From positions 2,952,574-3,016,573 of the forward strand of contig JAQGDQ010000003.1 of NCBI GenBank assembly GCA_030141605.1: a DNA stretch of 64,000 nt, given 5' to 3'. Source of the DNA: Tubiluchus corallicola. Lineage: Eukaryota > Animalia > Priapulida. The translations under genes and the position numbers were made by a program. Every line of letters starts with the position of its first letter. Within the stretch, counting starts at the first letter, position 1. The notes under the pieces are model-generated. The model searched no databases. It was not told where the DNA came from and worked only from the letters and a program-made list of their open reading frames with translations. Below, piece by piece: positions 41,501-53,800 of the stretch.

Positions 41501-42907
41501 GTGCACTTAAATGTAACCGAACGAACTGTAACGTGGGTGACCAGTCAGCAAGAGAATGCTGGTCACTTCTATGAGCCGGGGCTTAGTTATCACAATCAGA
41601 GAACGACCACAAATGTATCATTGACATCACACGTGATAATTGCACTGCTGGAAGCTAAAAACGAGGTGTCGTCTAACGAGACCATTTTGCAGACGATTAA
41701 CTCATCTGTGGCAAAAGCACAACGGTACTTGGAGTCGGAGGTGCCTAAAGTTAAAGATAATATTTACCAATTGGCAATCACCACATATGCCTTAACATTA
41801 GCAAAGAGCAATAAAGCAGAAAAAGCTTTCCAAATGATGAACGAAAGTGTCGTGGTCAAGAATGGCACAAAATACTGGACGAATGGGTGCAATATGACAC
41901 AAAGCTCTTGTGTCATGGACATTGAAACAAACGCTTATGCATTATTAACAATGATACAACGAAGAAGTCTGCCTGAAGGAGAACCAATAATGAAATGGCT
42001 ACTGAAATATCAACAATCGTATGCAGGTTGGTCCTCGAGAAATACGATGGTGGGTTTGCAATCCTTGTCGGAGTTTGCTGCCAAGTATTTTAAATCTTTG
42101 CCGATCGATAAACATTTGTCATTCGGTAAGAAACGGGGAGAAATATCCGAGGAGTTCCACGTTAGTGAATCTACCTCACTTGAAGTCCAGTCAGGTAACC
42201 TAGCACCCAGCACCAATTCAGTTACCGTACAAACAAGAGGTTCCGGGGCTGGCATTGCACAAATCAGATGGTCGTACAACCAAATAAGCAGTACTCAACT
42301 GTCGCCAGGCAAACGCAGAGCGTTCGTTCTTTGGAGGAAAGTAACAGAGATTTCTAAGCTAAGGTTTAGCATCAAGATTTGCGCGCGATATCATTTTCAT
42401 GGGATTTCCAGCAATATGGCGGTGATACACCTGCAGATGCCTTCAGGATACGTAGCAGACACCGGAATAGATAAAATACGGACAAAGGAAAATGTGAATA
42501 TACATAATCTGCAGCTTGTGGACATTACCGAAGGTGGGACAACAGTCAACATGTATTACACAACCATTGATGATTCCGACACTTGTGTTGTTATCGACGG
42601 TTACAAAGAATTCGAGGTAAAAAAAGCCAAGTCTGCAGCATTGTGGGTGTACGATTTCTACAACGAGAAGGAAGAAGCAGTGATGTTCTACAGAGTGCCA
42701 GATGTAAAAGAAGATGATAAAGATCCAGGTGGTCACACAGTGACGTACGATGAGTATAACAATACTAAACTCACAGAATCAAAAGCCAATGCTTTACAAG
42801 TAATGGGCGCAATTTGGTGTCGCGACAACTTTGCACATTATCGAAGCCTTAGTATAATACTAGTACCTTTAATTTCAAGGTTTTACACATGTTTACTGCA
42901 TACCTAA
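38552..42907 (+). CDS. Intronless CD109/TEP-like alpha-2-macroglobulin-family protein (1451 aa) lacking the thioester Cys
   Basis: Signal peptide; IQTDKPIYEAGETVHFR; YFLPRFEV; YFKPGL; RKPR processing site; WFPVTW (FPETW-like); VPDTVTSW; thioester site reads APTVSGEQCM; GSLWLTA; DIETNAYALL; SNMAVIHLQMPSGY; VYDFY; weakly hydrophobic C-terminal tail. Confidence 0.93.
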   Translation: MKSLQQPVCECFFIFLLCVPICLPIKNNCSYIVMAPQVLKPNMDYRVAVNMQPLIKEDVNMTIELHKNDSKIASRGSQVVTSKQLSLASGSLVTISLQLGELKDGDYFLRVNGSSPSARFSHEKKLVFSHQDAILLIQTDKPIYEAGETVHFRVIALTTNLQPRSGKVDVDISDPRGNKIRQWKLIQLDRGLTELEMELCDQPILGEWMIQANIEEKDMEMKSFSVHKYFLPRFEVKISLPPYYTGLNFAATGSVKAQYTNNAKPVKGTLVVTVIVNVYEQAIIRKNTTMDIDGEATFFVRFVLDRLDFDQRNATVVAVLTEALTGVKISSTTDTAVYKHDAKIEFDGSKYFKPGLQYNAHLKVTKPDGSALPRTHSREISLGYSFRTSESDGYRSETYQIPDNGIVVTSTYAEPNADFIKFKAAYDIVGITMIYKEFVVSPFRTYSGAFIQLTMQNSSLRVGDEANVKVETTKVVTALIYQVVRRGSVVKVDQLQVKNKQYISFKMTITSEMAPKSYLVVYFVTDGELVADGIQLDVDGVFRNKIDVTFDVPTAKPGTTVKIQLNTNPNSFVGLYVTDERTKLLNADNDVKKEQIVENLKQREEDVETVAKVMENAGLVILTDAVYNGQEETDFAKLEEIGATNKTRKPRLSPRRLGQKSGTEFLQEWFPVTWMWASTSTRNDGNWNLQAVVPDTVTSWTVTAFSVNEHSGLAIAEQPAVLRSSFPFFVPPITAHRIFRGEELHLGIVVQSYDKSEGEVVVTLIKSDSFNIIPNINEATKRKHMKGGQSETFVFVINPVEIGYISVNFTVQLSETPNSFHKQLLVKDAGISKHYTDTIFLEPTTKEDNEPVEVHDINIAWPDKLLVKKCCEYIEVAAAGDIMGLLIRNFKSLLKAPTVSGEQCMTNLAASVFITKYLTEKGQLKSDIREKAILQMAKSYQDQLAYEMKKGSFGLFQKGNVPGSLWLTANIMKLLYQARKYIYVHLNVTERTVTWVTSQQENAGHFYEPGLSYHNQRTTTNVSLTSHVIIALLEAKNEVSSNETILQTINSSVAKAQRYLESEVPKVKDNIYQLAITTYALTLAKSNKAEKAFQMMNESVVVKNGTKYWTNGCNMTQSSCVMDIETNAYALLTMIQRRSLPEGEPIMKWLLKYQQSYAGWSSRNTMVGLQSLSEFAAKYFKSLPIDKHLSFGKKRGEISEEFHVSESTSLEVQSGNLAPSTNSVTVQTRGSGAGIAQIRWSYNQISSTQLSPGKRRAFVLWRKVTEISKLRFSIKICARYHFHGISSNMAVIHLQMPSGYVADTGIDKIRTKENVNIHNLQLVDITEGGTTVNMYYTTIDDSDTCVVIDGYKEFEVKKAKSAALWVYDFYNEKEEAVMFYRVPDVKEDDKDPGGHTVTYDEYNNTKLTESKANALQVMGAIWCRDNFAHYRSLSIILVPLISRFYTCLLHT

Positions 42908-43805
42908 CATTGTACATACAGCTGCCGAATCATGTGATAATTGCCTTAGTCAAAAATAGGGACAATTACAACATTATCAACTTTGCATTGTGTCATCTTT
43001 CAAGGCTTTCCAGGAATTATTATCACTATCATAAGTCTTTTATTAGTACCATAAACGTAATAATTTATCAAAACTTTAGTCTCATTGAATCGGAATATGT
43101 ACAGTATGTACACAGTACCTCTAATTGCAGGCGAAGGAAATTCGCTGAATTTCCTGGAAAAGCACAACAGATATTTAAAAAACTAGGTAACAAGTAACAA
43201 GTTCAATGCTTAATAGTTTGCACTGCACACTAATATTACTGTACTAATTCTGTAGGTAAGCAAATACTGACAAATACCTGACAAATACTAGTTGTAGGTG
43301 CATCTATTAATATACTTGCTAAGATTGCTCGTGGATGATTGTTGGTAGTGATTGATTGTCGGATTATGGTAGGACCAGAACCTAGCTCCATTATCAAGAT
43401 TATCCATTATTATGGTAGGACCATTATCAATGCTCAATCTTCTAAGATGAGGTATCACGAACATTCGGATATGAATACATCCTCCTTTTATAAGGTAAAC
43501 AGAATCTATCTGCATTACTGCGCTTATCTACAGTGACAGTGCGGGCCGTTTATTAGTCTCAGGGTTAATAGAACCAGTCGCCTAATTGACTCAAAAACAT
43601 CTCATACGTGCCGCTTCTATTGAAATGTATACAAGAACTGTTGTCAAATGCCTCCAATAACTTCGCATAATCGACTCAATATTTTTACTTCACGTACTTA
43701 AAATAAAACACCTGTGTGTGATGAAAGTTTTTACTAGTTTTACGCTATTTTTTCTTCACTATTTTGCACTATAACATATATAATAACATACGTAATAACA
43801 TATTA

Positions 43806-44177
43806 GTTGTTGTTGTTGTTGTTGTTGTTGGCATCCTTCTGTTTCGAAAGACAATGGATGCGCCAAGAGAGTCAGTTATTGATCACATTGATGGAGCTGC
43901 AGCGTCGACTGTGGCTGAGCAGTCCGATCCTTGAGCGGCAGTTCCGGCTGCAGGTTACACATTGGAAGGCTGTTTCATCCGGATGAGGTAGGGCATCTTT
44001 CTGATGCCTGCGAGTCCCTTTATCCTCTTGTTTCTTCTCCCTCGTTTTCTCCGCTCTGTTAATGGCTGTCCTAACAGCAGATTTCCAGTTGCTTCGATCT
44101 GTCGCAAGCGCCTCGTAATTTGCTGGTGTAATGCCACCTGCCTTGAGGTCCCGTTTACATACATCTTTGTAGCGGAG
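43806..44177 (-). mobile_element. 5'-truncated RTE-clade LINE 3' end with (CAA)n tail
   Basis: RYKDVCKRDLK...EALATDRSNWKSAV...CVTCSRNCRSRIGLLSHSRRC, then a short UTR and (CAA)n. Confidence 0.88.
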
Positions 44178-45763
44178 TAGTAGTAATAACATACATAATA
44201 ACACATAGTAATAACATAATTTTGAATTTGAATATGATACGTACAAGCAATCATGTTAACAACCATTTTGCTTGAAAGCAGTTACGTTTATCACGTGCTG
44301 ATATGCAAGCATAACTGTTTTGCTTTGGATCTGTCATCCGCTGCATTTAACCTTGTTGTCCAATAATTTATGCAAGCTAAACTTATCGTATGCCTAGCAG
44401 TATCTTTTGCAGCTCTTGCTGCTTTTCATACGACAAAACGTTGTCATTAGTTAACTGTTGCTGTTAGACCACCGATGCAGCGGTAGTAATCTGTTAGTTT
44501 TCCTTAGGATTTTACCAGGATAAACACCATAGAGTAACTAGGAGCAAAGAAGTAATTTTACAAAGTAATTTTTCTTTATCACCTGCTAATTTAGGAAATC
44601 AAGCTGGTTAAACTAATTTATTATCTGTACCTCATTACTCACTAGTGCCGCCTGTCGTCATTTACTATTTTAACACATTAAAAGAATGGCTGATTTGATG
44701 ACTTCTTAGTAGGCTCGCTATCCGCTCCCCTTTTCACTTATGACCAGCAATTAGGCCCTATTTACCTGTATACTATTCATCTATTGCTCCCTTATAGACT
44801 GGAAGTGGTTACTGTACATTTAAATAAAATAAATAAATAGAGAAAAATAAATAAATTTCAATTTCAGAAAGTACAACAGAACATAAGCAAAAAGACGTAA
44901 TATTTAAAGTTCTTGCAGCCCTTGGAATGCATACCAAGCTGAAGGGTGATGACTCATAGTTCTATACTAGTAATGTTATACCCGTGGGTTAATCACTTCA
45001 CTCGGTTAATTGGGTGAAGACACTTCCATCCCCAAAATGATTCTATTAAACAGCACTTACTGTATTTACCTTATTCAGGCATGCTGTTAGTACATTCTCC
45101 TTCAGAGGTTTTATCTACCAAACACGCCATACCGCTTCTGACTGTTCACCTTGTTAAGGGAGGATGATTACGCATCCGAATATGGCTATGATACATTTGC
45201 CAGTTCAGTGCCTCCTCTCAGAGGAATGTCTTTGATAATGACACACGTTCAGGTACTGCCACAACTACTGCTAAACCAAGCAAACCTATACTAAGTAAAC
45301 GATGCGAGAGATTGAAATCCAAGAGTGCTTAGAGTCTCTTGGCTTGCAAACTGTTGAATTATAAATTCTAAAAAGCACAATAAAACCAGTATGAGAGTCA
45401 TAAATGTGAAATAAAAGTTAGCTGGTTTACCAACAGTATCTGGTGGACTTTACACACAAACAATAACAGCATCGTGCCTTACTGTCAAGAACAATATTCA
45501 TGTGACAGACTGATGTCGAGTTTTGAGATTCAATTTAAAAAAATTCTAATTCTTTATTATTTTACTTTCTTTTGGGGTTCAAATGACAAATTTAAATGTA
45601 GATACAGCCACCAAGCTAAGCAAATAGTATCTGTCAACTTTTCTTGTAAATACATCCATATCCTTTTCCTGTTTATTTAGCAGTTTAATGCTAAACAATA
45701 TGCAATATTATTGCTCATTGCAACATTGCGACGTCTTTTTACTTTACTTTACAATTACACATA

Positions 45764-46429
45764 TCTGTGCTTGCATAGCAAAATAGTCCATAAGTCGGTT
45801 TTTAGGCTTTTCTAGTTATTCACACGTCCTGAATCTCCATTTCATGAGGATCATTTTGATACCAAGTTCATCGCTCTGTGTTATTTCTAAGCTGAGATAA
45901 TCCATGTAGAAGTTGAAGAGCAGGCTACACACTGGAAAATTTAATCTTGAGAAAATTGCTGTTAAAGTCAGCCATTGTCTTTTGTCGCGTCTCTATAAAA
46001 CACTTAACAACCGTACGAAAGTATCGTTGCTATGAACTTTACAAGAACACGTTGAAGTTAAGTTTAAATCCAGTAGATGGCTCTTCCTGGCGATGATCTG
46101 GGCTTGGCAACAGAAAAAACCCGAAGCAAAATGACTGCTTCCACGAGCTAATATCGGAGTTTAAAAATACAAGGTTTTTTTACATTTGCAGTACTAACTT
46201 TTAGCTAGAAAAGTTGGTACGAGCTTATAAATTAATTAAATTTTTAATATTTTTTGGACATTTACTTAATAATTTGATGATAAAATATAAAAGTCCAATA
46301 TATTTATCGTTTGTTTTTATAAAAACAAAAAACGAACATTTGGCCAAATTTTTGGTGAATTTTTGAAGCATAATAACGCAGTTTTAACTACGCCGACTCA
46401 TGGATGGTTTTGATTTGTAAGCACACCTA
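45764..46429. mobile_element. Non-autonomous TIR element (class uncertain); partial copy at about 15995-16142
   Basis: gtgcttgcatagcaaaatagtccataagtcgg pairs with ccgactcatggatggttttgatttgtaagcac; the right end is shared with 15995-16142. Confidence 0.6.
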
Positions 46430-47089
46430 TTATGTATGGAATTAATTCTCGTACACAATTTTAACTGCAGTGTAAACATTGCGAGTGATGCTGCCCCATT
46501 GAAAAATCTGTATATCAGTTCCTCACAAATATGTCAGCCAGAAAATTATCAACGATCTCCCCAAACAGCGAATCATTGAACAACACAAAAAATACGAAAA
46601 ATTTGAGATTTAGAAAATGGAGATCAGTAGAATTTATTTAGTTTTAAATAAATTGAAATTAAAACTGATCAAATTTGCATGTTTGCTTTCCCTTGCATAG
46701 GTTTGAGTAGAACAGTACAATCTTTTCTCACCATCTATAGCACATTTGACTAAAGGAAGATTAGTTCCTAAAAATCCTTCCAAGATTACCACTCCATTTT
46801 TAGAGGAAATAAATGAAATAACAGACTCCGCAGCTAACCTAGAAAAAATTCTCTGGCAACACAAAAAAGTTTTTTCTGGCAAAACTTGATGTCCAAGATG
46901 CCCAATCACCACTTTCAAGTAATTACTTTTAGCCAAATGAACGGTTCTTCTTAGAATGCACAGATTAAAATACTTTTTACCTGACAACTTTTACACAATT
47001 AATGACAAAATCAGGTAAATACTCTTCACTAATAACTTACATTTGCCATTCTACTAGCCCACGAAACAACAAATGTTCAATTTTTGTGC

Positions 47090-50000
47090 TTAAAATGCAT
47101 TGTATTCGATACTTTTAGACGGATCAGTTGGAAAATACTTCTGACACTGCGTCATCAAACGTTTTAAACCCTGTATGTACTTTCTCTGCGTTTCGTCGTT
47201 CAACACGTGTGCCACGTATTTTGAAGCGATTTTTTCACGTCCAGTTCGAGCGTGGATCCCCGGCATCGTAACCCCAATCGGCCAGGGGGCGTTACCGATC
47301 GCCATCTGCAAATACACGTCATTTGCTAGAACGTATTCGCGGTTGATTAAATGTCTGGTAATTTCAATGAGGCAGCTCATAATGTCCATTTGCAGGTTGT
47401 TGTACTTCAGCTTGCGAAAGAGCGGCATCAAGTACGAAACCGTCTGCTGATGTGTCACCCTCTCGAGTTTAGATCTCACTGAACCGCCTTCTCCAACTAG
47501 CTGCTTGTTCAAAGCTTCGCCCCAGACTTTCAGCAAAAACTGAAACAAGAAAAAACCATTTAACAAGACTGTAATAACAAGTGAATTATTATTACGAGTT
47601 TATTTTGTATAAAATATACAGTTTACAAAGATAAAGATGTTAGTAAAACAGGTAATGCGATATTAGTAAGGTAGCATATCTACAGACATTCAACTTTATA
47701 ATAACAACACATTGTAGTTCCCTTGTAATAGCTGTAAATACACTCAACCTCGGATATAATCCCTTATATCCGAGGTTGAGTGTATTTGGGACCGGAAAAA
47801 ATCATCCCTTACAGCCGAAGTTTAATCAGACCAAGGGAATATATCTAGACCTGTACTTTTACCCATATTTTTATGGATTATTGCTACGCATTCAGTGCAA
47901 ACGGTATGTAGGACGCTCCTTCGGTGAGGCGAGATGTATGTTACCGTGGAAACTGAGTTGTTCGAAGGTCAAGTTTGCGAAAAATTGAGGTTAAAAATTG
48001 ATTAATTATCGCTTTGACCATAGGGTCCCTTATATGCAAGGTAATTTAACCGGGTTTCTATTACGCGGGACCTGAAGATATCGACCCTTATAACCCAAAG
48101 TCCCTCATATCCGAGTACCTAATAGCCGAAGTTGAGTCAGACCGAGGGTGTATGTAGACCTGTACTTTTCTGCACTTTTACCCATATTTTTATGGATTAT
48201 TGCTACACATTCAATGCAAACGGCATGCAGGAAGCTCCTTCAGTGATGCGAGATGCATGTGACCGTGGAAACTGAGCTGTTCGAAGGCCGAGTTTGCAAA
48301 AAATTGAGGTTAAAAATTGATCAATTTTGCTTTGATCATAGGGTCCCTTATATGCGAGGTAATTTACCTGGGTTTCTATTACGCGGGACCTGAAGATATC
48401 GTCCCTTATAACCGAAAGTCCCTTACATCTGAGCACCTTATATACGAAGATTTTTGCATAAGAAAAACATTACGAAAAATTGGGACCGGTGTTGGTGGTC
48501 CCTTATAAGCGAGTACCTTATACCCAAAGTTGACTGTACTTATAAAATTAATTAGCTAATAATGCATCAGTGAAGAGTCAGATTATGACTGATTAAAAAA
48601 GCTGAAAATCAAAAGAACAAAACACGCGAGTTTGTAAGCAAATATAAAACTAAAATTAAAGGCATATTTAAAGCAATACAATTTTGTAGTTGGAACTGAT
48701 CTAAAAAATTCACATCTTTTTTGTACTTGAAAGCATAATTCTCCAAATTGCAGTTCTCTGTAAATTTGAAATCGTTAACTTCAATAAAAATGTATTACCA
48801 ACCTCAATCAGTAGCTTCAAACGTTATTTAAAGAATTACATCGGTTTCGTAAACAGACCCAAATATTTAACTCATGATAAAATTCCGTACTGTACACACC
48901 GTACTCGCTTAAGAATGGGTTTTTCTCAGCTTAATCATCATTTAAATGCGCATGGTTGCAAAGATTCTAGTGGTGATATTGTTGGTAAAAAATATTCTTG
49001 TGGTTATTGTATTGAATCTGTTAGCCATTATTTGCTCGAGTGCTCTCTATTTGCTGTAAGTAGAGAGTAACTCATACACAAGTTATCCGATTTGTACTTG
49101 AATAATATTATTCCATTTGACATCATTCTTTTGGATACTGAATCTCTAATTAGTATACTCTTAAACGGTAGTACCCTTCTAAACCATGACCAAAATATAG
49201 TTATATTTGATATTGTTCAAACATGTATAAAAATACTCGTCGATTCGCCTATTAGTGTGGTACATTTTATGCCTTTTGCTTATTAGTACGTAGCATTGTA
49301 CTAATGTATGTATTTCATTGTACAATAATCTGTTTGTATCATTTCATCTGTTGCACCACCTGTATGCAATTTCTTCTTCCTGAGGCCTCTTTATCAGTGG
49401 TAACTGTGGCCAAAGGTTTATTTTTGTCTGTCTATTCCACAATAATAAAATATGGTTACAAAAAAACCTTTTATTATGAGCACCTATCACCACCTGAATG
49501 TGCATGGCTCTCAAACCCAAAACTCTGACAATTTAAAATCCATTTGCAAATTCCACAAGACCAAAGGAACATTCCCTGAACACTGATAAAGGCTCACCAC
49601 TCCAAGGCACCGTGCCAGTCATACCAGCCTTTTCTAGCCTGTTTTCCAGCATTGAATCACGAGAAGATAGATCAGAAATCTTAAAATGTCAGTCGCCCGT
49701 GGCCAAAACTAATTACCGCACTGATTAATTCAAATTGTGAGCTCAAGACTGTATGCAGCTATGCTAAATTATCACCAAATTAAGATTTTTAATAAGCAAA
49801 CAATATGAAACATGTAAATAACTGTACATTCAGACTTTTTCTAAAATTTATTTACAATTTACCTTGTAAAACCGCAGTACAATCTCACTGTCTTGAGCGT
49901 CATCTCCTTTGCCGAGATTTTGGCCCATTTCCTGTTTGATAAAAACAATGAAAACAAATGATAATGCTGTTCGTGTTAAAGGAAAAGCCAAGCCTTCTGA

Positions 50001-50780
50001 TAAGTTAGGCTTATTTCAATGTTCGCAAAAAAAGTTAGAAGGATTTAGTAAAAAAAGGGTGATAAGTTTCTCTATGTAATTAGTAAAATCACTTTAAAGT
50101 CCCGATCATTTCACGTTTGGGCGCCCATTCTTCCACCAATAAAGTCGCTCATCAGCTGAAGATGTGCACTGCCAATCTCGCTCAAAAGTAAGAGTTTTTT
50201 TACAGAAAATTGGATACCTAACTTTGTGATATTTTTACATGAACATTACATAAGCTGTAGAAGTTTGAATTAGTTTAAGCAGCGTGCGCTTACGGGAAGC
50301 CACAACGAGTTCACGAAAAGTCAAGAAGTCTCCCAGTTGCATCATATAATTTTTAAGTGAATGGCAGTACCAATGTGCCCGAAAATTTTTATACAGTACT
50401 GGCATAAACTAACTTTAACCTTATAGACGTTTTTTGGCAAATTTCTTTGTTATGTTTTTTTAAGTTTAAGTAATAATAGCAACTTTAATCCAATTTGCCA
50501 AGTTACTTGTGCTTTCCTTTGTTGATATCAAAATGCAGAACATCCTTAGGTTAATGAATATCCATTTATTATGAATATTTATGCTGAGCTGACAGTTAAA
50601 GCACAAGAAAGAGCTCTTCGTAAATAAAGCTTTAAAAAATTCGTCTTGAAATTTTATATCTCTTACATGCAGTGTTATTGTATACAGAGCTTGTGTTAAC
50701 AGTAACGCTATGCCCGGATTTAACATATGGGCAACCTGGGCATTTGCCCAGGGGCCCTTTGCAATTGGGTATATTTTTTT

Positions 50781-50843
<63 letters not shown>

Positions 50844-53800
50844 GTGTATGTAGTCAGTGTGTCTGGGGGTGGCTCGAGCTGCCCAGGTGTAAATGAGGCC
50901 TCCTTAAGGGTGTGGATTTTGGGGGGGAGCCCTCTGGGCTAACAGTGCCCAGGGGCCCATGGGGGTACTGATCCGGCCCTGAGTAATGCTGTATAAATCT
51001 TGTAAATTTAAACTCCAGTGGCGACCGCTAGGCTCAGCCAGTTTGACGGTAACTCTTTTGCTACAAGTGTAGATAACACTGCATTAAATTGAAAAAATAA
51101 TCAGAGCATTTGTAATTCACAATTCACTAACCAAGCAAACGTTAATTACTTTATATTGTCAATTAGATTAAAAATATGTTTTTTGTTGAATAATTGGTAT
51201 GGCGATGCAGTGCCGTTTTACTAGTTGAAGAGAATATTTCAAATTACTAAGAATTTTTTGCTTCAATTACATAAGCCTTTCAAGCAGCTAAGTGAGGTGC
51301 TAAGTAATATAATTTCGTACGGAAAGTTTTTTGAGATATACAGTGTTCCCTCGCTACTTCACGGTTCGTTTATAGCGGACTCGCTGTTTCGCAGGTTTTC
51401 AAAAATATTAATGTAAAATATTTATCGTGGTATTTTCGCTGTTTCGCGGGCTTTTGCGGCACTCCGTCTAAAGTATTTTTGCACGTGTAGTGCGTATTGT
51501 AAAGTAAAATATAGATTTGATGAATTTTGTATAAAAAATCACGAAATGTATAAAAATATATTAAAAATATTAATTCTAACATTAAAAAAATATTATTTAC
51601 AGTAAATAGTGTATTTATTCGGCGGATGAATACACACCAAAAATGAAATGTAGTACTTGCGCCCGCTTGACATGCTACTTGCCGACGTGAGATTGTACAC
51701 AACACATGTCAAATTTTTAAAGTTACGTATCTAGGTTTAAGAGTTAAAAACATTTTTATGAACATTTAAGTAATTTTTTTTAAAAGGTACATGTACAGTA
51801 TGGAAAAGTTATTAAGGGAATGGGAAAGGGTTATGCATAAGAGAGTGGGGGGGTTTATAAAGAGTTAAAATAATGTATAACTACTAAAATAAGTACAGCG
51901 TCCCTACTTCGCGGAAATTCACTTATCGCGGGTGGGCCTGGAACGGAACACCCGCGACAAGTGAAGGAACATTGTACTTGAGAATTTCCCTCTTCTTCTC
52001 CTATAAGCAGAAGTTATTCTGTAAATGTGTAACAGCCAGGAAAACTATTTGTAATAGCCAAACTGCCATACTGCTTTAGCAATTTACCTCGTCGAGGGAG
52101 CATGTACTACCACCCGAACGTGGGCAAGACACCCCTGCTGGTTCAGTATCTCACTTTAGAAGATTATTTTCAATAATGAGGTAGATTTAGATTCCATTAC
52201 AACCATCAAAATTAAGTCCAAATTTGGTACTGATGAACCACTACTAGCCTAATGATGTCTAGTATTTGATGAATTAATTACTGAGTTATGAGAGCAGATA
52301 TCTACAAACAGACATAATGGGCTTTCGATAATGATGATGATGAACATTAAGTAGACCGTGCCAAGATTGGATGCCACATTCCAGTTTAAAATTATAAATT
52401 ATTTTGTACTAAATTTTAAAAGTTTCTAATTTCCAATAAATGATAGCAAAGCTCTTAGACGTACAACTTTCAACACGAAATCATGGCACAAGAGTCATGT
52501 AAAGAATGCTCAAAATGTTTTAAAATAAGGCTGTGATGGACCAGACGAGGTCCACCGATTTGCTAAAGTTTGTTCTTGCACATTACAAGCAACCACCTTT
52601 GTACATTATACCATGCAATTTAGTTCAATGATAAATGTTTGGTTCGATTGAAGGGGCCTAACTTAGTTTGATTTTGTATAAGGAAACTACCTGCATAGTT
52701 TACTTTATTTTTTATTGCTGTTGTTGAAATAATGTACTAGGCACCCGTGAACTACATCTGCCCCACAGGTAACCAAAATGTCAGTGTTATGCAGGTCATT
52801 TTGAAAGTGTGTTGGCTTCGGCCATATTACTTTATTACAGGGGTGTTTTGCTTTCTCATTCAGTCTATATAGTGTTATAGTTACATGCCTAAAGTATCAC
52901 ACTACCTTGAAATGTAGTGAACTGTTCCAGTAACAGGAAAATGTGCTTTTGGATATTGAGAAGTGTGTAGAAGAGTCTGGAAAATGATGGCAGTTAAAAT
53001 GTTGGGTTTATAATTTTAAGGACAAACGTAAGATTTATCTGAAATTGGCTGAACTGATGTTTTATTATGAAAAGTCCTGAACAGTTGTAAATGGCGTAAT
53101 ACTATCCTAATGGACAACGTGTTGTGATGCAATTGAGTGGAGAAAAAAGCCAACATTGAGCCTACTACACAGTATAAGCAATCCAACACTTGTCGTCATG
53201 GACTGGGACCTAGTACTGTCAAGCAGGCTATGCCATGTTTCGGAGATGGTATCCCTTCCATGGAGAGACGGTGGGTGTACCTGAGTGATTGCCAGTGGAC
53301 TGACGTAGTGAGCGCTCACTCCTGAGATAAGTAACAGTTTACTTTTGAGCTCAATTGTGATTACTCAAATTGGTGATATCTTGTGCACAAGCTCTTATGG
53401 ATAGTGAAAACTGCAGTTACTATGAGGTTACTGTTTGGTACCAAAAACTAGTGCTGTAATTCTTGAAATGGCCATCTTTAATTATTGTAATGTACTTTTT
53501 TTCTTTTTTCTTGCTTACTCAGATTGTCTGTCAGTAGAATAAAAGCCTTGAAATGTTAATTGATCTTTCAGTAAGCTTTGTATTCAGAAACAGGTACAGA
53601 TAAACCACAAGGAAAACTCCGCATTTCAAAAGCCTTAGTACCAGTCTCTCAACGTTACCAAAGTTAAGTGCGCTTCATACTCGTATTACATAAGTTACTA
53701 ATTACTTTCACCCATGAGGAACGCCATCATTACAAAGGCCACAAACGTTCAAAAACCTACCACATTACTGAACACATACAGTCTGTCAGAGTTTCTGTTC

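Noticed and set aside
43872-44246. 124-aa zinc-finger-like ORF as a host gene
   Set aside because: It is the C-terminus of a 5'-truncated RTE LINE ORF.
52900-53560. Possible Penelope-like remnant
   Set aside because: Too degenerate to support from the sequence alone.
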